From a virus, in the IMG/VR virus record IMGVR_UViG_3300034061_000981, positions 1-64,000 of that record: a stretch of 64,000 bases of DNA. One strand, 5' to 3'. A program made the translations under genes and the position numbers. Shown piece by piece: positions 53,137 to 62,914 of this stretch; the first letter of the stretch is position 1; every line of letters starts with the position of its first letter. Under the pieces are notes generated by a model that did no database searches, was not told the DNA's origin, and saw only the letters and a list, made by a program, of their open reading frames with translations.

Positions 53137-54172
53137 GATTACTAACGTTTGGACAAATACATTTAAAGAATTTGTAGATGATGTTAGTGACAAAATTTCA
53201 GGAGTTACTTTGGTAATTCTTGATTGTTTGAATGAAGTTGATTACTATGACAAGGTATTTAAAAAACAGGATATCGATAGGTTATTAGAAATCACACAAC
53301 AATATAATGTCCCGGTTAAAATACTAACACCAAACTTAAACAAAAATAAAAAACTTGATAAATTCACACATATAGAAATTATATGTTGGTCTACCTTTTG
53401 GTTTACTAGAACATATAGAGTTTGGACATATCCAGATACTATTGATTATAATCAAATAAAAGGTATTGATATTAAAAATGAAAATGTTTGTAAAAATTTT
53501 GAATTAACTTATCCATATGTATGTCTTAATAATATTAGAAAAAATCATAGAAGCAACCTAATGGATATGCTAGCAAAACATGATTTAATCAAACATGGGG
53601 CAGTATCATGGCGCGATGTATGCCGAGCCGGCGTATCTGATAATTATTCTTATAAACATTGGAAACCTGAAATAATAATTTTAGATTTTGGTGTAAATGA
53701 CATTTTTAAACAAGAAACTATGCCGTTAGAATTTAATCATTCATTTATGCAAATAGTAACTGAATCAGATGATACGGAAACTTTTTTTAGTGAAAAAACA
53801 GCAACACCCATGTTTTTAAATAAACCATTTTTAGTTGCAACTAATTGTGGGTTTCACACCGACTTAAAAAAGCATGGATTTGAATTATATGATGAGTTAT
53901 TTGATTATTCATTTGATGATGAACCTGATATGGAACTCAGATATGATAAATTGGTGCAGAATTTAAAATCATATATAGGATTAAGTCCGTCAGATTTACA
54001 AAAACAGTATGATAAGGTGGCTGATAAAATTACATATAACAGAAAACTGGCAATGAAATATGCGCTTCATGTACCAAAAGAAGTAATGGATTTGCACTTA
54101 TTGGTAGAAGAAAAAGTTCAGGATTATACGGGCCCACTAAATAATATCAAATATATAGGTGAAGGATACTAA
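53129..54172 (+). CDS. GT-B glycosyltransferase-like protein (TEK family), copy 5
   Basis: YVCLNNIRKNHR...FMQIVTES...FSEKT..P...KPF...ELFDYSFD. Confidence 0.6.
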   Translation: MIKITNVWTNTFKEFVDDVSDKISGVTLVILDCLNEVDYYDKVFKKQDIDRLLEITQQYNVPVKILTPNLNKNKKLDKFTHIEIICWSTFWFTRTYRVWTYPDTIDYNQIKGIDIKNENVCKNFELTYPYVCLNNIRKNHRSNLMDMLAKHDLIKHGAVSWRDVCRAGVSDNYSYKHWKPEIIILDFGVNDIFKQETMPLEFNHSFMQIVTESDDTETFFSEKTATPMFLNKPFLVATNCGFHTDLKKHGFELYDELFDYSFDDEPDMELRYDKLVQNLKSYIGLSPSDLQKQYDKVADKITYNRKLAMKYALHVPKEVMDLHLLVEEKVQDYTGPLNNIKYIGEGY

Positions 54173-55365
54173 TGAAAAAAGTAGCAATGATTGGTGTTGG
54201 CAAATTAGGTCAAGATTGTGCCGAAGTTATGGCAGATGCAGGAAATGATGTAGTTGGATATGATATTGAAATTAGAAATCCAGCTTTCCCGATGTTACCT
54301 ACAATAGCTGACGCAGTTAGAGATAGAGATATTATTTTTATTGCGGCACCTACGCCGCACGATCCTATATATGGTGGCGAAACTCCAACAAGTCATTTAC
54401 CAAACAAAGACTTTGATTATACAATCGTTACCAATATTCTACAAGAAGTTAATAAACACGTTAATAAAAGTCAATTAGTTGTGCTCATCAGTACCGTATT
54501 ACCCGGAACAGTTCGCTCTTTACTTGAACCATGTATCACTAACGCACGGTTCATTTACAATCCATACTTAATTGCAATGGGGACTATCAAATGGGATATG
54601 GTTAATCCTGAGATGGTTATCATTGGTACAGAAGATGGTAGTATTACTGGTGATGCTAGTGAACTAATTGACTTTTATAATGTGTTTATGCAAAACAATC
54701 CACGATATGAAGTCGGTACGTGGGATGAAGCAGAATCAATTAAGATTTTCTATAACACATTTATCAGTACAAAACTTGCATTAGTTAATATGATTCAAGA
54801 CGTTGCTGAAACAAATGGTAATATCAACGTAGATGTTGTTACTAACGCATTGGCTAAATCAACATATAGAATTATGGGTCCAATGTACATGAAGGCTGCA
54901 TTGGGAGATGCGGGTGCTTGTCATCCAAGAGATAATATTGCACTACGTTATCTAGCAGAACGACTAGACTTGGGTTATGATTTGTTTGATAGCATTATGA
55001 CCGCTAGAGAAAAACAAGCTGAACGTATGGCACAAAAATGCCTACAGTATGGTAAAAATGTTACTATCATCGGTAAAGCGTACAAGCCAGGTGTACCGTA
55101 TTTAAATGGTAGTGCAAGTATGTTAGTTGGTCACTATGTTGAAAAGCATGGTGGCACAGTTCATTATTATGATTTGAATACAGGTGATACTGATTTGCGT
55201 GAAGATTGGACTGAAGTTTATCTAGTTGGTTACTGGGAAAATTGGGTGGATAGAATCTCATTGCATAATGCAGGATGTGTATTAATTGATCCCTGGAGAA
55301 AAGCAGAATCAAGACACCACACTGGTGAGATTGTGTATTACGGTAATACTAGAAAGAAAACGTAA
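54172..55365 (+). CDS. UDP-glucose/GDP-mannose dehydrogenase family protein
   Basis: IGVGKLG Rossmann motif, AAPTP, STVLPGT, AESIKIFYNTF, catalytic GACHPRD and AYKP. Confidence 0.88.
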   Translation: MKKVAMIGVGKLGQDCAEVMADAGNDVVGYDIEIRNPAFPMLPTIADAVRDRDIIFIAAPTPHDPIYGGETPTSHLPNKDFDYTIVTNILQEVNKHVNKSQLVVLISTVLPGTVRSLLEPCITNARFIYNPYLIAMGTIKWDMVNPEMVIIGTEDGSITGDASELIDFYNVFMQNNPRYEVGTWDEAESIKIFYNTFISTKLALVNMIQDVAETNGNINVDVVTNALAKSTYRIMGPMYMKAALGDAGACHPRDNIALRYLAERLDLGYDLFDSIMTAREKQAERMAQKCLQYGKNVTIIGKAYKPGVPYLNGSASMLVGHYVEKHGGTVHYYDLNTGDTDLREDWTEVYLVGYWENWVDRISLHNAGCVLIDPWRKAESRHHTGEIVYYGNTRKKT

Positions 55366-57254
55366 TGAGAATCTCCCGGGAGTTAATGGCAGAGCATACG
55401 TTTGTTGCTTTCCCTGAAATAAAACAATATGAAAATAATATACACTTTATTGATGCAACCATTGGTAGAAGAGAAATATTTTTAACTAGAGACACTGTTG
55501 AAATAGTAAATGAAATAAAACAAGCATATAGTCAAGGAAAAACTAAATTTTTCTTTTATATGTTTACCGAAGCGGTGATGTCCCATATTGTTTTTAAAGT
55601 ACACAGGATAGCTAAGTTACTTCAAGATATTATACCTTCTGAAAATTTCTTTTATTTGTCTGGGGCAATTAACGGTGAAGAAGCGTATGAAAAGGTTGCA
55701 CAACGACACAATTTTACTTTTAGAATAAGCATATTGTCTGCGTCAATGTTCCATCATTACTTAAAAAAAACAACATTAAGTTACGAAATTGATTACAACA
55801 TATTTGAAGTTAAAGTAAAACCTAAAAAGTTTCTTTGTTTCAATAAACTTGAACGAGAACAACGTTTAAGATTAATTGAACGAATGTTGAAAAATAATTA
55901 TGTTGATTTGGGATATTATTCATTTGAATCATCTAATAGTGATAATTTTAATATAATTGCAAACCGATTAGACCCAACACGATTTCCTTATATAAAAGCA
56001 AATAAACATAAGTTCCCGTTAAGATTAAATATAAAAGAAGATCGTACTAACCCAGTTAATATTATACCGGAAGACTTAGACTATTTTAAGAACAGTTATT
56101 TTAGTATTGTAAATGAAACAATATTTTACGGTACTAGTAGCTCTAGGACAAATAATTTATCACATCAGCCCAATGCAGAGTATTCAAGTATATTTGTATC
56201 AGAGAAAACATTTAAGTGTTTGGCTCTAAAACATCCTTTTGTTGTTTTTGGCAGACCGGGTTTTATTAAAGGATTACATAAATTGGGATTCAAAACATTT
56301 AGTCCCTACATTGACGAATCATACGATGATATCGTGGATGACGATGAACGATTTAATAAAATCTTTAATGAAATAGATAGACTAATTAATTTAAGTGATG
56401 ACGAGTGGTTAGCTTTATTACAACACTTAGAACCTATAGTTGAATATAATCACGGTTTATTTTTAGATAAAGAGTTTCACGGTATAACTGAAAATCCAAC
56501 AAGGTTCTTTGCAGACATTAAACCAAAAAAACAATTAAAAACATTGAATGAAGTTCTATTAAAAAGTGATTATATAGAATTAATGCCAATTATTGAAATA
56601 AAAGATTGGTCAATGCAAACTAGAACATTGAACAGTGGAATAGTAGTAGAATATCCAACATATTTAGATGGTGGCGGATTAGAGATGGTTAATGAGTTAG
56701 TTAATGTAATTAAAACTACGGGTAAATCATCCTATGATAGGGGTTGTGAATGGTGTGCAGGTTTTGGTGTATTGGGCTTTGATGTTTTAGGACTAGGATT
56801 AGCAAAGCATATGGTCTTTACTGATTACTTTGCAGCCGCAATAGAAAACTGTTTGGCTACTGCTAGTAAAAACAACATAAGTGATAAAGTAACCGGGTAT
56901 ATCTCAGGTACCATCAGGGGCATACCAAATGAAAAATGGGATTTAGTTATCAGTAATCCACCTCATGTATTTGATAAAGAATATTTTATAGAGACATTAC
57001 CGGGCGGTAAAGAAAATAATCATAACATAGATAATTCTTGTAGATTAATTGTTGACCAAAACTTTGCAATACATAAAGAATTCTTCAAAAACATTAAAGA
57101 AAAATTAACTAAAGATGCTGATGTATATCTCATTGAAGCATTAAAAGATGGTTTTATCAATGAATGGGCAGAACAGGGTGGATTATATGTACATGCAACC
57201 TATCCTATAACTGCACTACCGCATGGACAAATATTCCATTTCAAGTTGAAATAA
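55365..57254 (+). CDS. Fusion protein: TEK-family glycosyltransferase (copy 6) plus class I SAM methyltransferase
   Basis: N-terminal FLCFNK..R..R, YFSIVNET, VSEKTFK, HPF and DESYD; C-terminal (from about 56613) EWCAGFGVLG and DLVISNPPH. Confidence 0.75.
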   Translation: MRISRELMAEHTFVAFPEIKQYENNIHFIDATIGRREIFLTRDTVEIVNEIKQAYSQGKTKFFFYMFTEAVMSHIVFKVHRIAKLLQDIIPSENFFYLSGAINGEEAYEKVAQRHNFTFRISILSASMFHHYLKKTTLSYEIDYNIFEVKVKPKKFLCFNKLEREQRLRLIERMLKNNYVDLGYYSFESSNSDNFNIIANRLDPTRFPYIKANKHKFPLRLNIKEDRTNPVNIIPEDLDYFKNSYFSIVNETIFYGTSSSRTNNLSHQPNAEYSSIFVSEKTFKCLALKHPFVVFGRPGFIKGLHKLGFKTFSPYIDESYDDIVDDDERFNKIFNEIDRLINLSDDEWLALLQHLEPIVEYNHGLFLDKEFHGITENPTRFFADIKPKKQLKTLNEVLLKSDYIELMPIIEIKDWSMQTRTLNSGIVVEYPTYLDGGGLEMVNELVNVIKTTGKSSYDRGCEWCAGFGVLGFDVLGLGLAKHMVFTDYFAAAIENCLATASKNNISDKVTGYISGTIRGIPNEKWDLVISNPPHVFDKEYFIETLPGGKENNHNIDNSCRLIVDQNFAIHKEFFKNIKEKLTKDADVYLIEALKDGFINEWAEQGGLYVHATYPITALPHGQIFHFKLK

Positions 57255-57282
57255 ATTAAGTTTTATAGTATAATTTTAATAG

Positions 57283-57290
57283 ATTAAATA
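57283..57290 (+). promoter_or_regulatory. Putative internal late promoter (ATTAAATA)
   Basis: TAAATA core in the only sizeable gap of the enzyme cluster, followed by TAAGGAG and a TTG start. Confidence 0.45.
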
Positions 57291-57314
57291 CTACTTGAAG
57301 TAAGGAGATATTGT

Positions 57315-59597
57315 TTGGATTCAAACACCGATTCGAAGGTAGTTCTAAAAGAAAGACCCACAGCAGATGTTGCAGATGAACGTCATCAAGCGATGATGGA
57401 TGCCATTGCGCCCTATGCTAAAAAATCTATACAGAAAAATTTAACTCCAGTATATGTAGATTATAAAACACGCAACACAAAAATGGTATTGGTATTGTGC
57501 CCTGAATGGTCACCTTACATGCCTCCGTTTTCGTTAGCAAAACTATCCGGAATTGCTAAAGCTGCCGGATATGAAACAAATATTATAGATTTGAATGTTA
57601 GAGCATACAATGCTCATAAAAACGATTGGAGACCAAATAACAAATTACCCTTTAGGTTGTGGGATCCAGCCGCAAGTTGGCACTGGTTGGGTGACACGTA
57701 TTCCAAAGATATTCACCCTGTACTAGAACCATTACTCTCACAAGCTATTGATGAAATTGTTGCAATGAAGCCTGACGTTGTTGGCTTTAGTGTTTATTAC
57801 ATTAGTGAAGAACCCACTAAGTGGATGTGCCAAGAGTTAAAGCGTAGACTACCTAATGTAAAGATTGCAGTAGGCGGCCCTAATGTACATAAACATTGGT
57901 TTGCAATTCACGATTACTATGACTATGTTATTGTAGGTGAGGGTGAAAACAATCTATTAGTCATGCTTGATGAAATTGAAGAAAAGATTGAAGTTCAATA
58001 TCCACGAGTATTAACACAACCTGAAGACCAGCGTATCAATATTAACAATTTGCCGATGCCAGACTATGAAAGTATTGACTTCTCACAGTATGAGATGCCA
58101 AATGGTATCAACAGTGAAATTAGTCGAGGTTGTACAGCTAAATGTACATTCTGTGAAGAAACACACTTCTGGAAATATCGTCAACGTCAAGCAGTTGATT
58201 TGATTACAGAGATTGAGTGGTTATATTACAATAAAGGTACTGATGTTATTTGGTTTATTGATAGTCTTATTAATGGTAATATCAATGAACTTAGAGCATT
58301 TGCATTAGCACTCAAAAATAAAAATTTAGAGGTTAAATTTGCAGGTTATGCACGACATGATGGTCGTATGGATAAAGCATACTTGAAAGATTTAGCAGAT
58401 GGTGGTTGTTTGCGATTTAACTTTGGTAGTGAATCCGGAAGTCAAAAAGTATTAGACGATATGGCTAAGGGTGTGACTATTAAAGAGATGGAACAAAACT
58501 TTATTGATTGTAAAGAATTGGGTATAGGAAGCGATACTAACTGGATTGTAGGATTCTCCACTGAGGATTATCAAGACTACTCAGATACAATGACATTACA
58601 ATGGCGTATGCGTGAAAATATTAGTAACATGGGTTTAGGGGTAGGCTTTGCAGTAGGTCCAGAAACTATTGTAGGACAGAATCCACATAGATTTAATGTT
58701 AGCTATCATAAGTATCAGAATCATTGGATTACTAATGATTTATCTAAAGGTGGTACACACATTATGATGCGTGTGAAAAATATTCACATATGGGCTGACT
58801 TAATATCACATTGCAAAGAAGGTCCGGCAACCACATATCCAGTTCGTTTCGCACTAGCACAAAAGCATTATAAGATTAAATTTAATGATCCGCTATGCCG
58901 TAAAGAGATGAATTATGAAAAATTTGATTATGATATCATTCCACCGGTAGATCCTAACAATAAATTTGCAAATCAGCTTGTGAATGAAATATGGCCATTA
59001 TTAAGAAATATTTGGAGAGCAAGAGGCGGATATGAAGCAGAGATACTTTTTAATCCTGAACTTGATTTAGTAGAATTTGGATCGCAATTTGGTCCGGGTA
59101 TGTTTAATGCCGTATATAAGTTTAAGATTAGTGATGATGGAAAGTGGGAAGCAGACTTTGATATGCACTTTAATCAACATATTGATAACCCAGAAGATAA
59201 TAGATTACCTCCTCCAGAAGGTCGTAGGGGTCCTTTCTATGCACAAGATTATTCAAGGGCACAATCTAATACAGTTAAACGTGCTAGAAGATTAGCAAAA
59301 CCAAAATGGTCAGATGAAAAAGGTCGTAGTGGTCAAGACTTTACTGATTTATTAAATGAAGAAGAATATTTAAATAAAAATATAGATTTTACCTTTGACC
59401 TACATTATGTAGGCACTGGTGATTGGGGTAACTATGCTGATTATGAAGTAAAAGTATCTGATAAGAAACGTGATGCTATTCCTGAAAAAGAAGTAATGTA
59501 TATACCTAAAGTACCTGTGTCCCCAGTAGTTCCTGAAATTGCTACAATTGATATTTCTCAGATTAAAAAAAGTAGAAGACCATTGTTTCCAGTATGA
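57315..59597 (+). CDS. Cobalamin-binding radical SAM enzyme, copy 2, with long C-terminal extension
   Basis: PPFSLAKL, PDVVGFSVY, VGGP, GEGE, SRGCTAKCTFC and FGSESGSQKVLDDM.KG. TTG start with a strong ribosome-binding site. Confidence 0.88.
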   Translation: MDSNTDSKVVLKERPTADVADERHQAMMDAIAPYAKKSIQKNLTPVYVDYKTRNTKMVLVLCPEWSPYMPPFSLAKLSGIAKAAGYETNIIDLNVRAYNAHKNDWRPNNKLPFRLWDPAASWHWLGDTYSKDIHPVLEPLLSQAIDEIVAMKPDVVGFSVYYISEEPTKWMCQELKRRLPNVKIAVGGPNVHKHWFAIHDYYDYVIVGEGENNLLVMLDEIEEKIEVQYPRVLTQPEDQRININNLPMPDYESIDFSQYEMPNGINSEISRGCTAKCTFCEETHFWKYRQRQAVDLITEIEWLYYNKGTDVIWFIDSLINGNINELRAFALALKNKNLEVKFAGYARHDGRMDKAYLKDLADGGCLRFNFGSESGSQKVLDDMAKGVTIKEMEQNFIDCKELGIGSDTNWIVGFSTEDYQDYSDTMTLQWRMRENISNMGLGVGFAVGPETIVGQNPHRFNVSYHKYQNHWITNDLSKGGTHIMMRVKNIHIWADLISHCKEGPATTYPVRFALAQKHYKIKFNDPLCRKEMNYEKFDYDIIPPVDPNNKFANQLVNEIWPLLRNIWRARGGYEAEILFNPELDLVEFGSQFGPGMFNAVYKFKISDDGKWEADFDMHFNQHIDNPEDNRLPPPEGRRGPFYAQDYSRAQSNTVKRARRLAKPKWSDEKGRSGQDFTDLLNEEEYLNKNIDFTFDLHYVGTGDWGNYADYEVKVSDKKRDAIPEKEVMYIPKVPVSPVVPEIATIDISQIKKSRRPLFPV

Positions 59598-60184
59598 ACT
59601 CGGTAGAACATTTTGAGAAAATAGTTGCAGAATATTACAATGCACCATATGCGATAGCAACTGATTGTTGCACACATGCAATTGAATTGTGTTTGCGACT
59701 TACTGAGCCTGTGTATGTTAAATGCCCTAATCATACATATCTCAGTATTCCAATGACGTTCAGTAAGTTAAAACTTCAGTGGAATTTCACTGACGAAAAA
59801 TGGCAAGACTACTACACTATTACCAATACTAATATTATAGATGCCGCCGTTTATTGGAAAAAGAATAGCTATATCAGAAACACATTGATGTGCTTGAGTT
59901 TTCAATATAAGAAACATTTGAACATTGGTCGTGGTGGTATGATTCTACTTGACAATACAGAACAGTATGAACAATTACTAAAGATGCGATATGACGGTAG
60001 GTTAGACAACATACCCTGGGCAGAGCAAGACATTGATATAATAGGATATCATTATTACATGACTCCTGAAAATGCTGATATCGGTATTGAGAAATTTAAG
60101 ACAGCAAGTATAACAGAACCTAAACAATGGTCATATAAAGATTATCCTGATTTAAAGAAAATGAAAGTGTTCAATGCTAAGTAA
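59594..60184 (+). CDS. Shortened DegT/DnrJ/StrS-family PLP aminotransferase-like protein
   Basis: FEKIVAEYY...AIATDCCTHA, IIDAA, SFQYKKHLNIGRGG (Schiff-base Lys region) and GYHYYM; only 196 aa. Confidence 0.75.
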   Translation: MNSVEHFEKIVAEYYNAPYAIATDCCTHAIELCLRLTEPVYVKCPNHTYLSIPMTFSKLKLQWNFTDEKWQDYYTITNTNIIDAAVYWKKNSYIRNTLMCLSFQYKKHLNIGRGGMILLDNTEQYEQLLKMRYDGRLDNIPWAEQDIDIIGYHYYMTPENADIGIEKFKTASITEPKQWSYKDYPDLKKMKVFNAK

Positions 60185-61145
60185 AAACGAATGGGATCCA
60201 CTACAATCAGTTATTGTAGGTATTGCTGATGATGCTAAGATTCCTAAACTTGATACTAGTTTACGTTGTGTAAACTATGCAGACTTACAGTCTACAATAC
60301 AAGTTGGTAACTATCCGCAACAAGTTATTGACGAAGCAAACGAAGATTTAAATAATTTAGTATCATTCTTAGAGGGTGAAAGTGTCACAATATACAGACC
60401 TAACACAAAGTTTGTGCCTGAGTATTATAACTACTGCCCACGTGATACTGTGTTAGTGCATGATGACTTAATATTAACTACACCTAATCCTTTACGAGCA
60501 AGACAAACAGAACATCTTGCTATGTTAGATACACTAAAAGAACACGGTAGTGTTATTACTAAATTGCATTCTGGTCATGAAAGTCTGTACAATACAAATT
60601 GTGTAGGTAATCCAAATATACTTGCATTGAATGAGACTGAGCCTGCGTTTGATGCGGCAAACATATTGCGTTCAAATGATGATTTGTTTTATCTAGTAAG
60701 TAATAGTGGTAATAAAGCTGGCGCTAAATATCTGCAAGAATTATATCCTGATAAGAAGGTTCATACGATTGAAGGTGTGTATAGTTATATGCACTTAGAT
60801 AGTACAATTGCATTATTGCGTGAGGGATTGATGTTACTGAATCCTGCACGTATTAAGAGTATTGAACAACTACCCAAACCATTGCAATCATGGGATGTTA
60901 TTTGGGCGCCCGAGCCAGTTGATATTGGTCATTACCCGGGATACTGCAATGCTAGTACATGGGTAAGTATCAATTTGTTTAGTGTTAATCCTAACTTAGT
61001 TATAGTTGAAGAACACCAAAACAACTTGCGTAGTGAATTAGAAAAATATAATATAGAATGTGCTATGTTACCAATGCGTCACGCACGAACACTGGGAGGA
61101 TGCTTTCATTGTGTAACACTAGATTTAATTAGGAATCATGTATGA
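60174..61145 (+). CDS. Amidinotransferase (inosamine-phosphate/glycine amidinotransferase family)
   Basis: NEWDPL, YCPRD, FDAAN, SGN..G, HLDST and GGCFHCVTLD; the Asp-His-Cys triad is intact. Confidence 0.9.
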   Translation: MLSKNEWDPLQSVIVGIADDAKIPKLDTSLRCVNYADLQSTIQVGNYPQQVIDEANEDLNNLVSFLEGESVTIYRPNTKFVPEYYNYCPRDTVLVHDDLILTTPNPLRARQTEHLAMLDTLKEHGSVITKLHSGHESLYNTNCVGNPNILALNETEPAFDAANILRSNDDLFYLVSNSGNKAGAKYLQELYPDKKVHTIEGVYSYMHLDSTIALLREGLMLLNPARIKSIEQLPKPLQSWDVIWAPEPVDIGHYPGYCNASTWVSINLFSVNPNLVIVEEHQNNLRSELEKYNIECAMLPMRHARTLGGCFHCVTLDLIRNHV

Positions 61146-62914
61146 AAGAAAAATGGAAAAGAGGTCATTTTGGAAGATTCTGGGACCTTAATGAGTTTAA
61201 AAAATTTGATTATGTTCGTCAACCCATTACTGCTGAAGAAGTAGCTGAGTGGGAATCACAGGGCTATGACCATGTTAAAAGTTTTACTGGTCAAATGTAT
61301 GACAATAGAAACCCTATGCCTGATTGGATACAAACCTTTAAGGGTCTTTTTCTTACGTATAAAAATATGACATTTACTTTCTATAAGATGAGTACATTAG
61401 AAATAATGCCAGAGCACTCAGATCATTATAGAACGTATATAAAAATGTTTGATGCTAAAAGTGAAAATGTTCATCGTATTTTAGTAATGCTTGAAGATTG
61501 GAAACCGGGTCATTATTTAGAAATTGATGGGGTTGGGATTACCAATTGGATTGCAGGAGATTACTTTATGTGGCGCGCCGATTGTAAACATGCCGCCGCA
61601 AATATAGGCATAGAAGATAGGTATACATTACAAATAACATGTGAAGAAGTTGAAATTACTGACACATGGAATACGTTACATTGGTATAATATTCCCGATA
61701 TGATCTCTAGGGATAGTTCTTATCTATATTATATGGATCGCATTTTAAGTTTTATACCAAAGGATATTAGTACTAATCCAATGTTCATTTATATGTTTAA
61801 CGAAAACATAAATGAATTAGAAAATATAACACATGATGACTTTGCTATAAATGAATTAAACAATAAAGGTTTAACAATTTATTTAACGGAACCTTTATGT
61901 AGCTATCTAGTAGGAGCCCCACAATGGCATCCACCTAAAGGAACTAAACATAATATGATGTTTTACTCTGAGTTTGAAGGTTTTGAACGCCCCCAACAAT
62001 TTAGAGCAGATGAATTGGATAGCATTGAAAGATATGTAATTAGAAATCAATTAACAAATGTAAAAGTTTATACATGTGACTATGATGCAAAAAAATGGTA
62101 TCCGTACTATTCAGATTTTATGCAAATTGGTTATGATGATTTGTTTGTAAAATCTGTATTACCTAAAAAGATTTACAATCCAGAAGTAGAACCTAATTTT
62201 ACTAAAAAATTTATTTGTTTAAATTGGAGATATACTCCACATAGACAAATGCTAGCGGCATATGTCGCTCCCCTATCAAGTCATGTCAGTTGGTATTTTA
62301 GAGGCGAGTTGGGAATTGTGGGACGGCAATATTGGTGTGATATATTTAACATTCAAATGCGTGACCCGGAAGTGTTTGGTAAATTAATAGCCGGTGTCGA
62401 ATATTTAAATATACATTCTCCTATGAATGTTGATTTAAATCTTACAGAACCAGTTACTATATTACATTCATATTTTAGACATTGCATGCCTAATGGCACA
62501 CTATTTGACCATACTAAAGGTGAATTAGATGAAAATAAGATGGAAGAATCATATAGAGATGTGTTTTGCGATATTGTTACTGAATCAAGATTTGCACAAC
62601 CAACCGGCAATTATAGCGAAAAAACGTTTCACCCTATGTGGTTTAAGAAGCCCTTTGTGTTGGCTGCACCTCCTAACACATTAAAGTTATTAAAAGAGCA
62701 TGGCTTTAAAACATTTAGTGATTTTTGGGATGAGTCATATGATTCAATTACTATACACGAAGAACGTTTATTAAAGATTTTTGAAGTAATTGATTTTATT
62801 AATAATAAATCAATAGAAGAACTACAAGAAATGTATGTTCAAATGAAACCAATATTAGAACACAATTACAATTTAATAAAAGAAAAATTACCACCAATTG
62901 GGATACAAAAATGA
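61142..62914 (+). CDS. Fusion protein: 2OG-Fe(II) oxygenase-like domain plus TEK-family glycosyltransferase (copy 7)
   Basis: N-terminal PEHSD...DWKPGH...HAAANIG..RYTLQIT (HxD..H..R pattern); C-terminal FICLNWRYTPHR, DIVTES, YSEKT, KPF and DESYD. Confidence 0.75.
   Translation: MKEKWKRGHFGRFWDLNEFKKFDYVRQPITAEEVAEWESQGYDHVKSFTGQMYDNRNPMPDWIQTFKGLFLTYKNMTFTFYKMSTLEIMPEHSDHYRTYIKMFDAKSENVHRILVMLEDWKPGHYLEIDGVGITNWIAGDYFMWRADCKHAAANIGIEDRYTLQITCEEVEITDTWNTLHWYNIPDMISRDSSYLYYMDRILSFIPKDISTNPMFIYMFNENINELENITHDDFAINELNNKGLTIYLTEPLCSYLVGAPQWHPPKGTKHNMMFYSEFEGFERPQQFRADELDSIERYVIRNQLTNVKVYTCDYDAKKWYPYYSDFMQIGYDDLFVKSVLPKKIYNPEVEPNFTKKFICLNWRYTPHRQMLAAYVAPLSSHVSWYFRGELGIVGRQYWCDIFNIQMRDPEVFGKLIAGVEYLNIHSPMNVDLNLTEPVTILHSYFRHCMPNGTLFDHTKGELDENKMEESYRDVFCDIVTESRFAQPTGNYSEKTFHPMWFKKPFVLAAPPNTLKLLKEHGFKTFSDFWDESYDSITIHEERLLKIFEVIDFINNKSIEELQEMYVQMKPILEHNYNLIKEKLPPIGIQK

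Noticed and set aside
84-62610. Numerous short minus-strand ORFs and out-of-frame plus-strand ORFs in the track (e.g. 6217-6651, 6955-7392, 14882-15118, 38475-38936, 40944-41147, 59077-59295)
   Set aside because: All lie within longer motif-bearing + strand genes and show no recognisable motifs, so they are treated as shadow ORFs.
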